Assembly: GCA_963701075.1 (NCBI GenBank)
Contig: OY969559.1
Coordinates: forward strand, 1,600,001-1,664,000
DNA from: an uncultured Nitrososphaerota archaeon
GTDB taxonomy: Archaea > Thermoproteota > Nitrososphaeria > Nitrososphaerales > Nitrosopumilaceae
Reading direction: 5' to 3'
DNA: 64,000 nucleotides
Shown here: positions 1 to 11,061 of the stretch, piece after piece
How positions within the stretch are numbered: position 1 is the first letter of the stretch
How the letters are laid out: every line of letters begins with the position of its first letter
Translations under genes and position numbers: made by a program
Notes under the pieces: generated by a model
Seen by the model: only the letters and a program-made list of their open reading frames with translations
The model's database searches: none
Told to the model about the DNA's origin: nothing

Positions 1-795
1 AATTCCTTGTTCCAGTGAGACCCTCCAATGTGTTCAAAGATAACATCTACTCCTGGATTGGTTCCTTTCTTTTTTGCAATGTCTTTTGTAATTGCAAAGA
101 CTTCTTTGTGCCAGTCGTCCTTTCTGTGATCTATCGCAAAATCTGCTCCAAGTTTTATGCATTCTTCAAGCTTGTTTGGACTTGCAGTAGCAATGACATC
201 ACAACCATATCAGCTTTGCAATCTGGATTCCAAATGTTCCCATCCCAGAAGTTCCTCCCATTATGAGTACTGTCTGTCCCGGTTTGATCTTTGCCCTGCC
301 CACTAGCATATGCCATGAAGTCGTCATGACCATTGATGACCCTGCAGCCTCCTCATAGCTGATGCTTTCTGGAATTTTTACCACATTTACTTCTGGTAGG
401 TGAGCATATTCGCAGTATCCTCCCCATAGAGGCCCGGTTTGGAATCCCCAGATTTTTCTGTGCGGACAATCATATTCACGACCTTCAGTGCATACCATGC
501 AGACTCGGCATGACATGTTACCATGTGATACAACTCTATCTCCAACCTTAATTGTGGTTACATCATCTCCCACTGCAACAACTTCTCCCGCGGCATCAGT
601 TCCTGAAATATGTGGCATTGGAATCTTGATTGGTTTTCCTCTCATTCCCCAAATATCATCATGATTTAATCCTGCGACCTTTACTTTGAAAACAACTTCG
701 TTTGGTTTTGGCTTAGGATCAGGTACTTCCTTGATTTTCAGAATCTTTGCATAGTCATCGTCTGGTGCATACTCCTCATAAACCAGAGCTTTCAC
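1..795 (-). pseudogene. Zn-dependent alcohol dehydrogenase / quinone oxidoreductase (MDR family); +1 frameshift at ~211, probably an artefact; runs off the window
   Basis: GroES-like N-domain, CxxCxxCxxGxxxxC structural Zn site, GGTSGMG Rossmann motif. Removing the base at 211 restores ...IAKLYGCDVIATASPNKLEECIKLGADFAIDHRK..., open to the window edge. Confidence 0.85.
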
Positions 796-954
796 AAATC
801 ACATGACTCAAAATGGCAATATTAAGAAATGGGTTATCAAACCAGTCAGCAGTACGATGACATAGTATGTTATGTCCGTCGCCAATAATGAGAGCATGTG
901 GAATAATTTCACAAAGAATTTTAATAGAAAAACAATGATGATAAAAAATTAGTT

Positions 955-1095
955 CTAGTGGTGATGTCCACAACCACAAGAATCATGGCTTTCTACGGTT
1001 CCTTGCATTTCCTTTCCTGTACATTTAGAACATTTGTCTGAGCCAGTAGCAGAAAAAAACCCTATTCCGCATACGACACATTTTGTGCTTGTCAT
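955..1095 (-). CDS. 46-aa Cys/His-rich zinc-ribbon microprotein (not in ORF track)
   Basis: Manual translation: MTSTKCVVCGIGFFSATGSDKCSKCTGKEMQGTVESHDSCGCGHHH*. Two CxxC motifs plus a CGCGHHH tail. Confidence 0.7.
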   Translation of the reverse strand: MTSTKCVVCGIGFFSATGSDKCSKCTGKEMQGTVESHDSCGCGHHH

Positions 1096-1432
1096 AAAAG
1101 AACTACTTTTTACCTGTATTTATTGATACAGATTTTGGAATAAAAGACATGATATATTCAAAGAAAGGCCTGAGTTCTTGAAGATCTTAACAAAGGAACT
1201 CAAGTAGAATCTAGTATTTCCATACATTTTTGGTGACTGTCTTGATTTCCGTCATCATTTTACATGAAACGCTAAGTCCCTATGGCTAATTCTAGCATAC
1301 AGTATTTTGCAAGGTCGAACCTAGATTGCTATCTTTTTGATTCAATTGTCTACAACCAACTATTATGGACACCAATAACATCAGATCCATCAATTCATAG
1401 AATTTATTAATTGATTATGTCGGTATGTAGAT

Positions 1433-2401
1433 ATGATGTCAAAACCAATAAACGCGTTATTTGGTGTATTGACCCTAGTTGCGATTCTTGCAATAGCTCC
1501 ATCAGCTTTTGCAGAGTCTGGAACAACTGTAAACATTTCAGCCGGCGCAGGCGCAAGTCCAAACTGTTCACAAACAAAGAACTGTTTTGACCAAGATGTC
1601 ATCACTGTAGCACCCGGCACAACTGTAACATGGCAAAACAATGACAAGGTCAGCCATACTGTGACAAGCGGTAATCCGTCAGACAATCAGACCGGCACTA
1701 TCTTTGATAGTAGTTTGATTGCATCTGGAAAGGACTTTTCATTTACCTTCAATAATCCTGGCACATACAACTACTTTTGCCAAGTTCATCCATGGATGAC
1801 AGGCCAAGTAATTGTTGCGACTGGAGCTTCTAGTTCATCTGGAAGTACCACTTCAGGTATGAACATGCCATCTGGTAGCAGCATGTCTGGAATGTCCAAT
1901 AGTTCGTCAAGTATGAACATGCCATCTGGTAGCAGCATGTCTGGAATGTCCAATAGTTCGTCCACTCCACAACAACCAGCGAATCTAACATCTAATGGGT
2001 TTGCTTCAACGGTACAGCAAGGAGGTAGTCAAATTGCTCAACAATCTGGACAGGGACAACAAGGAGGTATTCCTCTAGGATCATCATATAATGCACCAGC
2101 AAATATGTCTTCGACACCATCTACTCCAACACAACCTGCACCACCTTCACAAGCTCCACAGTATGGATCACAAGTACCATCGGCATCACAAGCAGGAATG
2201 GGACAGCAAAACGGTATTCCTCTGGGATCATCATATAGTGCACCAGCAGGCAGTCCACAAAATCAGATTCCTGCACAAGTAGTGTATAATGATTCAGACA
2301 ATCCCACTGGTCCACTTCAAGGCATGGGATGGATAGCAGGAATGGTAATAGCAGGAGTCTTGAGCGGTGTTGGAATCTGGACAGCAGTACGACGCAGATA
2401 G
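1433..2401 (+). CDS. Membrane-anchored blue copper (plastocyanin/azurin-like cupredoxin) protein with a Met/Ser/Gln-rich stalk
   Basis: Signal peptide; type 1 Cu ligands HTVT...YFCQVHPWM; C-terminal TM helix followed by RRR. Confidence 0.9.
   Translation: MMSKPINALFGVLTLVAILAIAPSAFAESGTTVNISAGAGASPNCSQTKNCFDQDVITVAPGTTVTWQNNDKVSHTVTSGNPSDNQTGTIFDSSLIASGKDFSFTFNNPGTYNYFCQVHPWMTGQVIVATGASSSSGSTTSGMNMPSGSSMSGMSNSSSSMNMPSGSSMSGMSNSSSTPQQPANLTSNGFASTVQQGGSQIAQQSGQGQQGGIPLGSSYNAPANMSSTPSTPTQPAPPSQAPQYGSQVPSASQAGMGQQNGIPLGSSYSAPAGSPQNQIPAQVVYNDSDNPTGPLQGMGWIAGMVIAGVLSGVGIWTAVRRR
1857..1962 (+). repeat. 54-bp coding tandem duplication (MNMPSGSSMSGMSNSS x2)
   Basis: Identical units start at 1857 and 1911. 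Confidence 0.9.
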
Positions 2402-2623
2402 GATAAACTAATGGAGTCCAAAAAGACTACATTCTCTTTATTTTTATAAAATTATTTCAACTAAGACACGTATTTTGATATTGAGTATTTTACGCAGATT
2501 ACATTTTCCAAAAGAAAGATTTGCTAACATTCTTCATTTCTTTTTCGAAGAGATCTTGTTTGCGAGTATGTACGGACCAAGTAAGGAACAAGAGCGCGGA
2601 ATTATCATTGAATCAGTGTTACA

Positions 2624-3190
2624 TTATTTCTCATCAATACAATTCTTGTTTAGCAGCCTTAGGTGATTTTTTAGGCGTGCTCCAGTATACCGCCCTTTTT
2701 TTAAAAGAGGAACATAAACCTGCGAAACAAAAAGAAAAGGAATACGAGTGTACTGCGTGGCAACCAGAGGGATAAGCGTGGAAGTTGTGCGCTTTACCAT
2801 TTTTTCAGAGTAATCCCACATCTCCTCCTCGTATTTGCAAAAGTCCTGATATGCTTTTTCTGCATATTTAGCATATCTGCCCCAATCCTCTTTTAGAATT
2901 TTATTCGGATTGAGTTCATTCCAATAGGGGATTTTCGAGCCAAGGCCATTCTCGTTAGAAATTCCGTCATTAGGTTTTTGATTATTTAGATTTTCATCAA
3001 TACGACGAATATGATCTGCACGAAGGATCTGATATGCCTCGTTTATTAACTTAAATTTTTCATCATCTTGTTTTGAGATGCTTTTGTCAGGATGATACTT
3101 TAGCGCCAGCTTTCTATATGCATCTTTGATCTCCCGTACGGATGCTCCTTTCTCCAGACCAAGTAGCCGATAACATGTACAGCTATTCAA
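2624..3190 (-). CDS. DnaJ (J-domain) protein
   Basis: N-terminal J domain: YRLLGL...[16 protein letters not shown]...[11 protein letters not shown]. Confidence 0.9.
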   Translation of the reverse strand: MNSCTCYRLLGLEKGASVREIKDAYRKLALKYHPDKSISKQDDEKFKLINEAYQILRADHIRRIDENLNNQKPNDGISNENGLGSKIPYWNELNPNKILKEDWGRYAKYAEKAYQDFCKYEEEMWDYSEKMVKRTTSTLIPLVATQYTRIPFLFVSQVYVPLLKKGRYTGARLKNHLRLLNKNCIDEK

Positions 3191-3417
3191 TGGCAGATAT
3201 TTGTTGAACTATTTTAAAAAAGTTTAATTTCATTTTCTTGTTCTAATTGGAAAATAAATTCAATCACATGAGATTATGCCCACATTTCAGGTAGGCTTGC
3301 AAAAAAAGGCTGCAATTAACCTATTTATGTGTAAAAAGCCATTCAATCCAATTACCATCCTTTAGGGCAAAATTATCGTAGTATCATTGAAATATTTAGT
3401 AATCAATTTACTATTAG

Positions 3418-3816
3418 TTGAAAAAACCAATACTTACAATAGTAATTGGCGGAATCCTTGCGGCAATTATCATATTTTTGGTATTCAGTTTTCTTCCCAT
3501 ATTACCACCCTCTCAAAAATATGATATCTCAGTTAACCCTATACTTGTGAAGGAGGAAATGGGTACAGAGACTCATGTCACCATCAAGAACACTGGAATG
3601 GATGCACTTACTAATGTCACGGTGAACTATGGCGGAACCGCAAAACCTGACATAATTCCCATTCTCAATCCAGGTGACAAGATTATACTCTCTCCACCGG
3701 AAGGTAGCGACCTCACTGAGGTACGAGTTACAACAGACCAAGGAATTGACGTAACCCAGCCATACACTACCCCTTGGAGTGTTCCTTTCGTTGGAAACTC
3801 TGGCTTTGGCGGATGA
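3418..3816 (+). CDS. Membrane-anchored small beta-sandwich hypothetical protein; paralogue of 42723..43106
   Basis: N-terminal TM; THVTIKNTG...NVTVNYG...PGDKIILSPP motif shared with the paralogue. Confidence 0.75.
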   Translation: MKKPILTIVIGGILAAIIIFLVFSFLPILPPSQKYDISVNPILVKEEMGTETHVTIKNTGMDALTNVTVNYGGTAKPDIIPILNPGDKIILSPPEGSDLTEVRVTTDQGIDVTQPYTTPWSVPFVGNSGFGG

Positions 3817-4083
3817 CAGGATTTGGAATTGCTGATCAAAAGTATTCATTCATGCAATCAAGCAACAGATTGATTCTTTGAATCACCTTTATCATATAGA
3901 AAAGAGATCATATGTCATCTCATGCAAGATAAATAGTATTATGGCAATCAAAATGTAAAAATTTTGCTGCCATATAACAAACAGGATTACTGCATATTTT
4001 TGGCGTGTTTGCCATCTTGTTTTACCAACTTAGAAAAAAGATAATTACTAAGTAATGCGTTTCAAGTATGAACTTGTAGACTT

Positions 4084-4419
4084 ATGGCCAAAGTAAAAAT
4101 CAATCTATCATGTGGGGAAATTACAATAGAATTTACAGATATGAAGGACTTGGAAGACCAGCTGAAAAAAATGGATCTGCTTAGAATAGATTCTCTGCTT
4201 AACGTCAAAAAGCAAGAAGTTACATCAGATGCTGAAAACCCGAGAAAGGTGACAGCCCCAGATGTGGACAATATTGCGAAGGAGCTTGGCACAGTCAACC
4301 TATTGAAGGTATCAGAACGTGGACAGGATGCAACAAAGTTGGCAATATTTTTGGCTGCAAGCGGAATGAGTCGTGAAGATATCAAAAAAATTACCGGCGT
4401 TACAATTTTGAGCTCTTAA
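4084..4419 (+). CDS. Hypothetical protein
   Basis: 111-aa ATG ORF with protein-like composition and an AT-rich upstream region. Confidence 0.6.
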   Translation: MAKVKINLSCGEITIEFTDMKDLEDQLKKMDLLRIDSLLNVKKQEVTSDAENPRKVTAPDVDNIAKELGTVNLLKVSERGQDATKLAIFLAASGMSREDIKKITGVTILSS

Positions 4420-4873
4420 AGTGGCAACTGCCATATTAAATGACTGCAATCACAGAGATCTACTGATATATTAAAATCGTAGTACGTTTCATTGATTTGT
4501 ATTATCAGTAACTTCAAGAATTTGTTGTGATTTTTAAGATGTCTGGCGTGACCCTTTGCGCAGAACATGGGGAAATCACTTCCCAATGAATCAGTACCAA
4601 TGTACCTTTTTCACTCACTAGTTTCTGCAGGGTCACGCAGATTAGTTATCTGCGCTTACACAAGGCATTGATCAATTTACGTATTTATTGTATTTAAGGT
4701 ACGGTACGATGGATGCAGACAAACAAAATTTTATACACATTAGTCTCACTACCTGCTTCTTTGTCAGGTGTTGAGACAAATAGTCTTTTTGTCGAATTAT
4801 TCCACAATGGAATCGAATTTTATGCCACAATTCCATCTCCCTCAAGTCTGTTTTCGGCATTAACCATGATATC

Positions 4874-5263
4874 GTGAATAAAGACAAGAAACTCATAATT
4901 GCACTGCCTGCAGCCTTTGCGATATACTCTATACTGTTAATTTTATTTTTGCCTCATGCTTATGCAATCACACAGGAACCTAGCGGTCCACAATGCGAAA
5001 GCACTTACACAATTATCTACAATGATCCCATAAAATTCAATGAAACCAAAACCATTGATGCTCTAAAACAGAGTTTATCAAATATTGATTTTAGTGGAGA
5101 TGTTCTTGACGGTCAACCATGGTGGAGTTATATGCACATTAGCAAACCTGACACAAACTCTACATCTACCCTTACAGTGCCCACGGTTTCAGGTGCGGTA
5201 GATAATATTGTAACAAATACTATGCAAGGAATGGACGGAGTTCTAAAAGTAGATAGTATATGA
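4874..5263 (+). CDS. Secreted hypothetical protein; possibly extends to 5313 through a frameshift
   Basis: Signal peptide ending AYA. An alternative frame just after the stop reads MTAWCDEIGYTVVYNVT*. Confidence 0.6.
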   Translation: MNKDKKLIIALPAAFAIYSILLILFLPHAYAITQEPSGPQCESTYTIIYNDPIKFNETKTIDALKQSLSNIDFSGDVLDGQPWWSYMHISKPDTNSTSTLTVPTVSGAVDNIVTNTMQGMDGVLKVDSI

Positions 5264-5490
5264 CTGCCTGGTGTGACGAGATTGGATATACTGTAGTCTA
5301 TAATGTAACATAACATTTTTTCTAATGTGATCATCTATTTCTCAACAAGCAACTAGAAAAACCTAACAGTGTGACCATTTTAGATTTTCTCACATTGTGA
5401 GATTCTAGAATTGTAATTGCCAAAAAGATTACTGGATGTTTTCAGTTTGACTGTGATAGGCTTATGAATTTTTAAATTTCTTCAAACAGT

Positions 5491-6725
5491 TTATTCTCTT
5501 CTTAATGCTACCATGGGGGAGAGTCGCGATGCCTTCCAAGCTGGGTATATCCCAGCTGCCAAGCTTAAGGTAACTGAGAGAACCCAGACCTTTAGAAGAT
5601 CAGTTGGAACATAGATCGGCGGAATATGAATATTTCCGGAACCTTGTACACTTGTAGTGGTAAAGATGCTCAGTACATAACCTGCGCCCATACCAATTAT
5701 CACCCCTAAAGAAGCTCCAATAATGCCTATCAATGCGGCTTCCACTATGAATAGCTCAAGAATATCAATATTCTGCGCTCCGATTGCCTTCATTGTACCT
5801 ATCTCACGAATTCTTTCCGTCACAGAGTTGTAAAGTGTTGTTACGATTCCAACAGCACCCACTACAAGTGCAATTATTCCCACCATCAGTGTAAAGGCAG
5901 CATTACCACTTGACGCCTTTTGTGTTACTGCCATTATGGCTGACGGGGTTGTCACACCAAGGGTTGGACCATACAGAGTTGTTACTCCTGTTGTACCGTA
6001 GTAACATAATCAGCAGAGTCTGCGGCTACAATTAGCTGATCATATTTTGTAGATTTGTGCAATAACTGGTTACCTGCAGCCAAGCTAATTATAATAGAAC
6101 TATCAATTTTTGAATTTCCAGAAGGTTGCATTATTCCAGATATAATGTAATTCTGGACTTCTGTCGCGGGTTTTCCGGTAGTCACTGTATATGAATATGT
6201 GAGTTTGATTGTTTGCCCTAGAACAACAAATGGCGATGTTGCTCCAGGAGGATTTGCTATGGTATCTCCAACTAGTGCAGATGCTCTATTATTTGGGTTT
6301 ACAGTAGAGCCGTCAACAAACTGAAGATTTGGCAAAATCACATTGAGTTTTGTGGGATCCATAGCAGTTACTGAAACATGTTGAGTCTCTCCTGCACTAT
6401 CAACTTGAACAGACCCAGAATATTCTGGAATTACGGCTTCTATGTACGGTAGCGTACTTATCTTACTCAATACAGCGTTATTGATTGTGATTGAGACTTG
6501 AGAGGACGAACCGTGATACGAGTGTTGTCCGGAACCTACATAAATTACATTTGCAGCCAATGAACTAAACTGGCTTTCTAAAAATGCCGATTGACCTGCA
6601 CTTAGTCCATTGAGGACGACAACCAAACTGCTACCTAGAACTACCATTAACACGGTCAGTACAGTCCTGACTTTTCGGTCTATCAATGCATCAAACGCTA
6701 GGGAAAAGATATCTCCAGGGTGCAT
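5491..6725 (-). pseudogene. MacB/FtsX-type ABC permease split by a 1-nt deletion at ~5984
   Basis: N-terminal RKVRTVLT motif plus periplasmic domain; C-terminal FtsX motif SVTERIREIGTMKAIGA...YPAWKASRL. Adding one A gives QQEITTLYGPTLGVTTPS. Confidence 0.85.
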
Positions 6726-6726
6726 G

Positions 6727-8823
6727 CTACTTTTTGTCAGAACTGTCCAGTGCTGCCACTATATCAGTGTCGCTTCCTGCAAGCATCTTCATTTTTCGTT
6801 TTTTCGACTTGATTCTTCTTACCACAATTGCGGCTGCAATTGCTGCTATGATAATTCCGACTAGCACTGGCAGAGGAATTGGAATCATATCAAGGATGGA
6901 TCCTTGTTCATGTCCAGTATTTGCATGCGGTGCTCTTGCTACAGATATTGTCGCATTCATGATTAGTGTGTGTGGATTCTTTAGGTCATCGGCATATACG
7001 ACTTTGAACGATACAGGATAGGATCCTGGCTTGAGATAGTTTATGCCGCTGAGGGGAATACTAAATGGTATAGGTGAGTCAGGAGTGAGGTCACCCAAGA
7101 ACTGTGGGGCCATAGCCGAAGATCCTCCACCGCCACCGCTGTAGCTGCCGCCACCGCCACCGCTGTAGCTGCCGCCACCGCCACCGCTGTAGCTGCCTCC
7201 GCCGCCACCGCTGTGGCTACCAGTACCGTTACCAGTTGCATTTGCCATTCTTGCCTCCCTTATGTCCTGCAATATTGGAGATTTGTAAAGCTGTACTGTG
7301 GTATACAAGCCAGTTGTACTTCCTTGATTTAACAGGCTGCCTGCTATGTTTGGCGTATTTCCGACATAGTTTACTGACAAACCATATAGTTCTAATTGTA
7401 TATTGCCAACCACAAACGCGCCTAGTGTAAGTGAGTTACTTTCTGTCTCACCTTGAGATATATAATTTGCAGTCAAAGTAAATGATGTTGGCGTATCAAG
7501 CAAGGTAGTTGCAGCGTATACACTGGTGTTTAATGCTTGACTTTGGCCTGGCGCCAGGTTTGGAATATTCCATGTAGATTGTCCTACAATAGAAACAGAA
7601 GAAGAAGAGGTATTTACTGGCACAAGTGTGACCACTAGATTTTGGGCATCGTTTGTGCCGTTATTTGATACGATAAAATTCAGAGGAGCAATGTTTCCCG
7701 CAGGAATAAGAGAAGACTTGTTGCCACCAGCATATGAAAGGCTCAGTGATTGCGGAGGTATCGGAGAAACAACTAGACCAGTATTCAGGGCTGTGGTTAG
7801 CTGTTTGCCCCATGCATTTTCATATGAGACTGATATAGATACATCCTGTGTTTGACCTGCTGCAGAAGTGGCAGGAAATACTGTAGTATTTAGCTGGGCA
7901 GAACCATTAGCTGGTATAACGCCCAAGTTGAACTGAGTAGCCCCAAGATTAACAATGTTGGTTGTAGTAGAGGATAGTGTGAGAGTACTGGTGGATGATG
8001 ATGAACCAGAATTTCCTTTTTGACCAAGATTTGTGATTGTAGCTACCACACCTGTTGCTGGAGCTGAGCCCTTGTTTACAATATCAATGCTAATAGGATC
8101 AGTTTGCGCGGGAGCTATGGAGTTTGTGATGGTCGTGGCATCCATGATTACTTTACCAGGAAGAACGAGTGGGACTTCAAGTAACGCCGAACTGCAATGC
8201 TGAGTTAGTGCAGCAACTCCCGCACTTTCATACAGTTGGTAATCAACTACGAGGTTAGTAGAATGCGTTCCAACCACTGCCGTTGGCAGGACGTTTACAT
8301 TAAAGTACAAGATGAATGTGTTTGTAGGTTGAACGGTTCCATAGTAGCTACCTAGTGCATAGTTACTTGCCTCTGCAGATGCAGGATTGTAATTCTGGAG
8401 AAGTTGCGGTATCTTGCTTTCCCCAGTCGGAGTAAATCCAGATGGTAGATTCAGAAATCCAGTTATGGCATTAATTGGAAGATTACCTACGTTGGTTAGA
8501 ACAACAGCAAAGACTTCAGGTCCTTCTCCTGGTCCTATCTCCTTTTTGATTACGTTACTGCCACTACTCGAGTTACCTGAGAGGTTCACGTTGGTGCCTT
8601 GATCCACCCAATACGCGTCTAATACTACAGGGCCATTATAGGTAGTCTGTATAGTAGTAGTTAGCGGGGCTGAACAGTCTGTTGATTGATAGGATTGTTC
8701 ATATGATGGCATACTAAATGATGAGCCAAACAATATTACAATCAAAGCAAAGCAAGCAGCCTTCGGTACAAGATCTCTTCTGAAAATAAGATGAAGTGTT
8801 TTAGAAAGACTAGTTTGTGACAT
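6727..8823 (-). CDS. COG1361-like S-layer-domain / CARDB-like surface protein of the ABC cassette
   Basis: Signal peptide, several Ig-like Ser/Thr/Asn-rich domains, Gly-rich insert, C-terminal TM with basic tail; lies between the ATPase and permease genes. Confidence 0.8.
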   Translation of the reverse strand: MSQTSLSKTLHLIFRRDLVPKAACFALIVILFGSSFSMPSYEQSYQSTDCSAPLTTTIQTTYNGPVVLDAYWVDQGTNVNLSGNSSSGSNVIKKEIGPGEGPEVFAVVLTNVGNLPINAITGFLNLPSGFTPTGESKIPQLLQNYNPASAEASNYALGSYYGTVQPTNTFILYFNVNVLPTAVVGTHSTNLVVDYQLYESAGVAALTQHCSSALLEVPLVLPGKVIMDATTITNSIAPAQTDPISIDIVNKGSAPATGVVATITNLGQKGNSGSSSSTSTLTLSSTTTNIVNLGATQFNLGVIPANGSAQLNTTVFPATSAAGQTQDVSISVSYENAWGKQLTTALNTGLVVSPIPPQSLSLSYAGGNKSSLIPAGNIAPLNFIVSNNGTNDAQNLVVTLVPVNTSSSSVSIVGQSTWNIPNLAPGQSQALNTSVYAATTLLDTPTSFTLTANYISQGETESNSLTLGAFVVGNIQLELYGLSVNYVGNTPNIAGSLLNQGSTTGLYTTVQLYKSPILQDIREARMANATGNGTGSHSGGGGGSYSGGGGGSYSGGGGGSYSGGGGGSSAMAPQFLGDLTPDSPIPFSIPLSGINYLKPGSYPVSFKVVYADDLKNPHTLIMNATISVARAPHANTGHEQGSILDMIPIPLPVLVGIIIAAIAAAIVVRRIKSKKRKMKMLAGSDTDIVAALDSSDKK
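7124..7215 (-). repeat. 24-bp coding repeat (GGGGGSYS x3)
   Basis: ccgccaccgccaccgctgtagctg-type units repeated. Confidence 0.85.
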
Positions 8824-9532
8824 CTCGCTCGATTCTCCCATCTTTTATCAATATAGATCTATCGGTGGACTCTGCAAGCTCTGGATTGTGTGTGACCATT
8901 ATTATTGTACGTTTGAACTTGTGTGACAATGTCTTGAGCATCTCAAAGACATCATCTCCGGTTTTTGTATCAAGATTACCGGTAGGTTCATCTGCCAAAA
9001 CTATAGTAGGATTATTTACTAGAGACCTAGCAATTGCTACCCTTTGTTGCTGACCTCCGCTGAGATTAACTGGCTTTTGCGATGCCTTGTCTGCAATTCC
9101 CAAAGCTTCCAAGATTTTCATTGCACGCATGTTGGCTTCAGACCCAGCCATGCCAGATATTGTTCCCGGCAATTTTACATTCTTTAGAACCGTTGTCCTG
9201 TTGATAAGGTTGAACGACTGGAAAATAAATCCGATATGACTGTTTCTTAGCGTAGCTATTTCAGAATTGCTCAAAGAGAAGATGTCGATTCCATCGATAT
9301 AGACATTGCCGGTAGTAGGCCTGTCTAGAGCACCTATCATATTGAGAAGAGTAGATTTACCGCTACCGGAAGGCCCCACTATGGAAACAAACTCGCCTTT
9401 TTTCACAGTGAAGTTAATGTTGTCCAAGGCTACAACTTTTCCCGCAACAGAGTCAAATATCTTGGATAAATTTTTGACTCCAAGCGCTATTGAGCTTGAA
9501 CGGACATCAAGCTCTGTTGATTCGCTTACCAT
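8810..9532 (-). CDS. ABC transporter ATP-binding protein (LolD/MacB-like)
   Basis: GPSGSGKS, LSGGQQQRVAIAR, LADEPTGNLD, VTHN. Likely start MVSESTE at 9532. Confidence 0.95.
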   Translation of the reverse strand: MVSESTELDVRSSSIALGVKNLSKIFDSVAGKVVALDNINFTVKKGEFVSIVGPSGSGKSTLLNMIGALDRPTTGNVYIDGIDIFSLSNSEIATLRNSHIGFIFQSFNLINRTTVLKNVKLPGTISGMAGSEANMRAMKILEALGIADKASQKPVNLSGGQQQRVAIARSLVNNPTIVLADEPTGNLDTKTGDDVFEMLKTLSHKFKRTIIMVTHNPELAESTDRSILIKDGRIERDVTN

Positions 9533-9877
9533 TTTAGCAGAATTGGATGTGGTACCTGATTTATCTCTATTCAAAATGCTCGATACACTCCAGATTGCCT
9601 TTTGTAGTATAATTAAATGACTTTGCAAAAAATTTATCAAGATTGTGAAAAAAATAATCATCATATGAATTACATGCTAGCAGTGATTTTGCCATTAGAA
9701 CAGGTTTGGCATTTATGTCAAGATAGTTTGCGTGGGCACCTCTACCAAAGGAGCATATACTAAGATCACAGGGGTTGTGAAAAACTCTCATTTCCTCCAC
9801 AGTAGAACTCAAAATCATGCCCACACTCACAGTTAAGCTGGAGGAATTAAATAATTGTCAAACTTTGTTCAGGAACA

Positions 9878-10276
9878 TTGTTACTGCAAACACAACAATC
9901 AAGAATAGATCCTACAAAAATATTATGTAAAAGCTTAATACAGAATTTTACTTCCAACAAGGCGATATCCTTGTCGCATGAGTATCGTGATCGGATCTAT
10001 ATAAGAAAGGATATACTTTTGAAACTCACAGAATTTGGTGAACTTAATCAAACAAATCTGCTAAGCTATTGTGGTTTAAACTTGATGAAACATAAAGACA
10101 TACTAGAAAGTCTGGAACGAAAAGGCTTCATAACAAGGACAGAGATACCCTGGGGAAACAAGAAGGTCATAAAATACTCAGTTACAGAAAAAGGCTTGCA
10201 ATTCTGCAAGTTGGTTTTAGAGCCTTATGAGGAGATCTTTCCAAGAAGTGAGAAACATGTTCGGGAACAAAGTTAG
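9878..10276 (+). CDS. Winged-HTH transcriptional regulator (archaeal HTH_45/COG3432-like); real start probably ~30 codons downstream
   Basis: YRDRIYIRKDIL...TNLLSYCGLN...L..KG...YSVTEKG pattern. Confidence 0.8.
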   Translation: MLLQTQQSRIDPTKILCKSLIQNFTSNKAISLSHEYRDRIYIRKDILLKLTEFGELNQTNLLSYCGLNLMKHKDILESLERKGFITRTEIPWGNKKVIKYSVTEKGLQFCKLVLEPYEEIFPRSEKHVREQS

Positions 10277-10304
10277 CGAAATGCTTTATTTACACGTAAG
10301 GTAG

Positions 10305-10853
10305 TTGGTCATCAAATTGTCTAATCCAGATAAAGAACCAAATGAAGACGCAGGCAACAAAGAGTCTCCAGAAAACATGTTTAAAATGATAGATGATCTT
10401 CTTGCTCATACAAATAGTTCAAGGCGCATATTTCTCATCTTTATTGCGTCTGCCCTAATTTTTGCCCCTGTCGCACTTGTGACTGGAGGAATACTTCTAG
10501 GCCATCCACGATACAGCATAGCTAACCTGGAAAGACATCATGAAGAGATGGGTAATAACATGACCTTTGTTGGGAACATGACACACAATGGTACTCAGTT
10601 GTTTCTAGTTGAAAAGAACGGTAGTTCCATTATCAGAGAGATTCCTTTCCATCCTCCTCCTCTTCGCGCTATGCATCAAGACGCTCCAATATTCTTAGGC
10701 ATACAAGCGTTCATTTTCGTCTGCATAATATTTGCTGCAGTATTGCTCTTTGTTGCACTTAAGGAGTATAGCTTCTTTGCAAAGTGGAATGCAAGGTACA
10801 AGAGATACAAGTCAACGCAAGACAAGATAGATGACGAATTGGGTAAGGATTAA
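10305..10853 (+). CDS. Two-TM membrane protein
   Basis: Two hydrophobic helices flanking a His/Met/Asn-rich loop; C-terminal W...Y...Q.KID.EL. Confidence 0.7.
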   Translation: MVIKLSNPDKEPNEDAGNKESPENMFKMIDDLLAHTNSSRRIFLIFIASALIFAPVALVTGGILLGHPRYSIANLERHHEEMGNNMTFVGNMTHNGTQLFLVEKNGSSIIREIPFHPPPLRAMHQDAPIFLGIQAFIFVCIIFAAVLLFVALKEYSFFAKWNARYKRYKSTQDKIDDELGKD

Positions 10854-11061
10854 ACAGTTATTTCCAATTGTCTTTTTCACCAAACGATTAACATATTCAT
10901 ATCCATCCAGATACCATTACAACAAAATTTAATTGGTATAATTTATGAAAATTTAATGTTAAAGGATATTTTCATAATGACATATTCATGCTCCCAGATG
11001 CTTTAATTATAAAATTAATAGGTTTTGATGATATGAGAGAGAATAGAACACTTTTGCTCTC

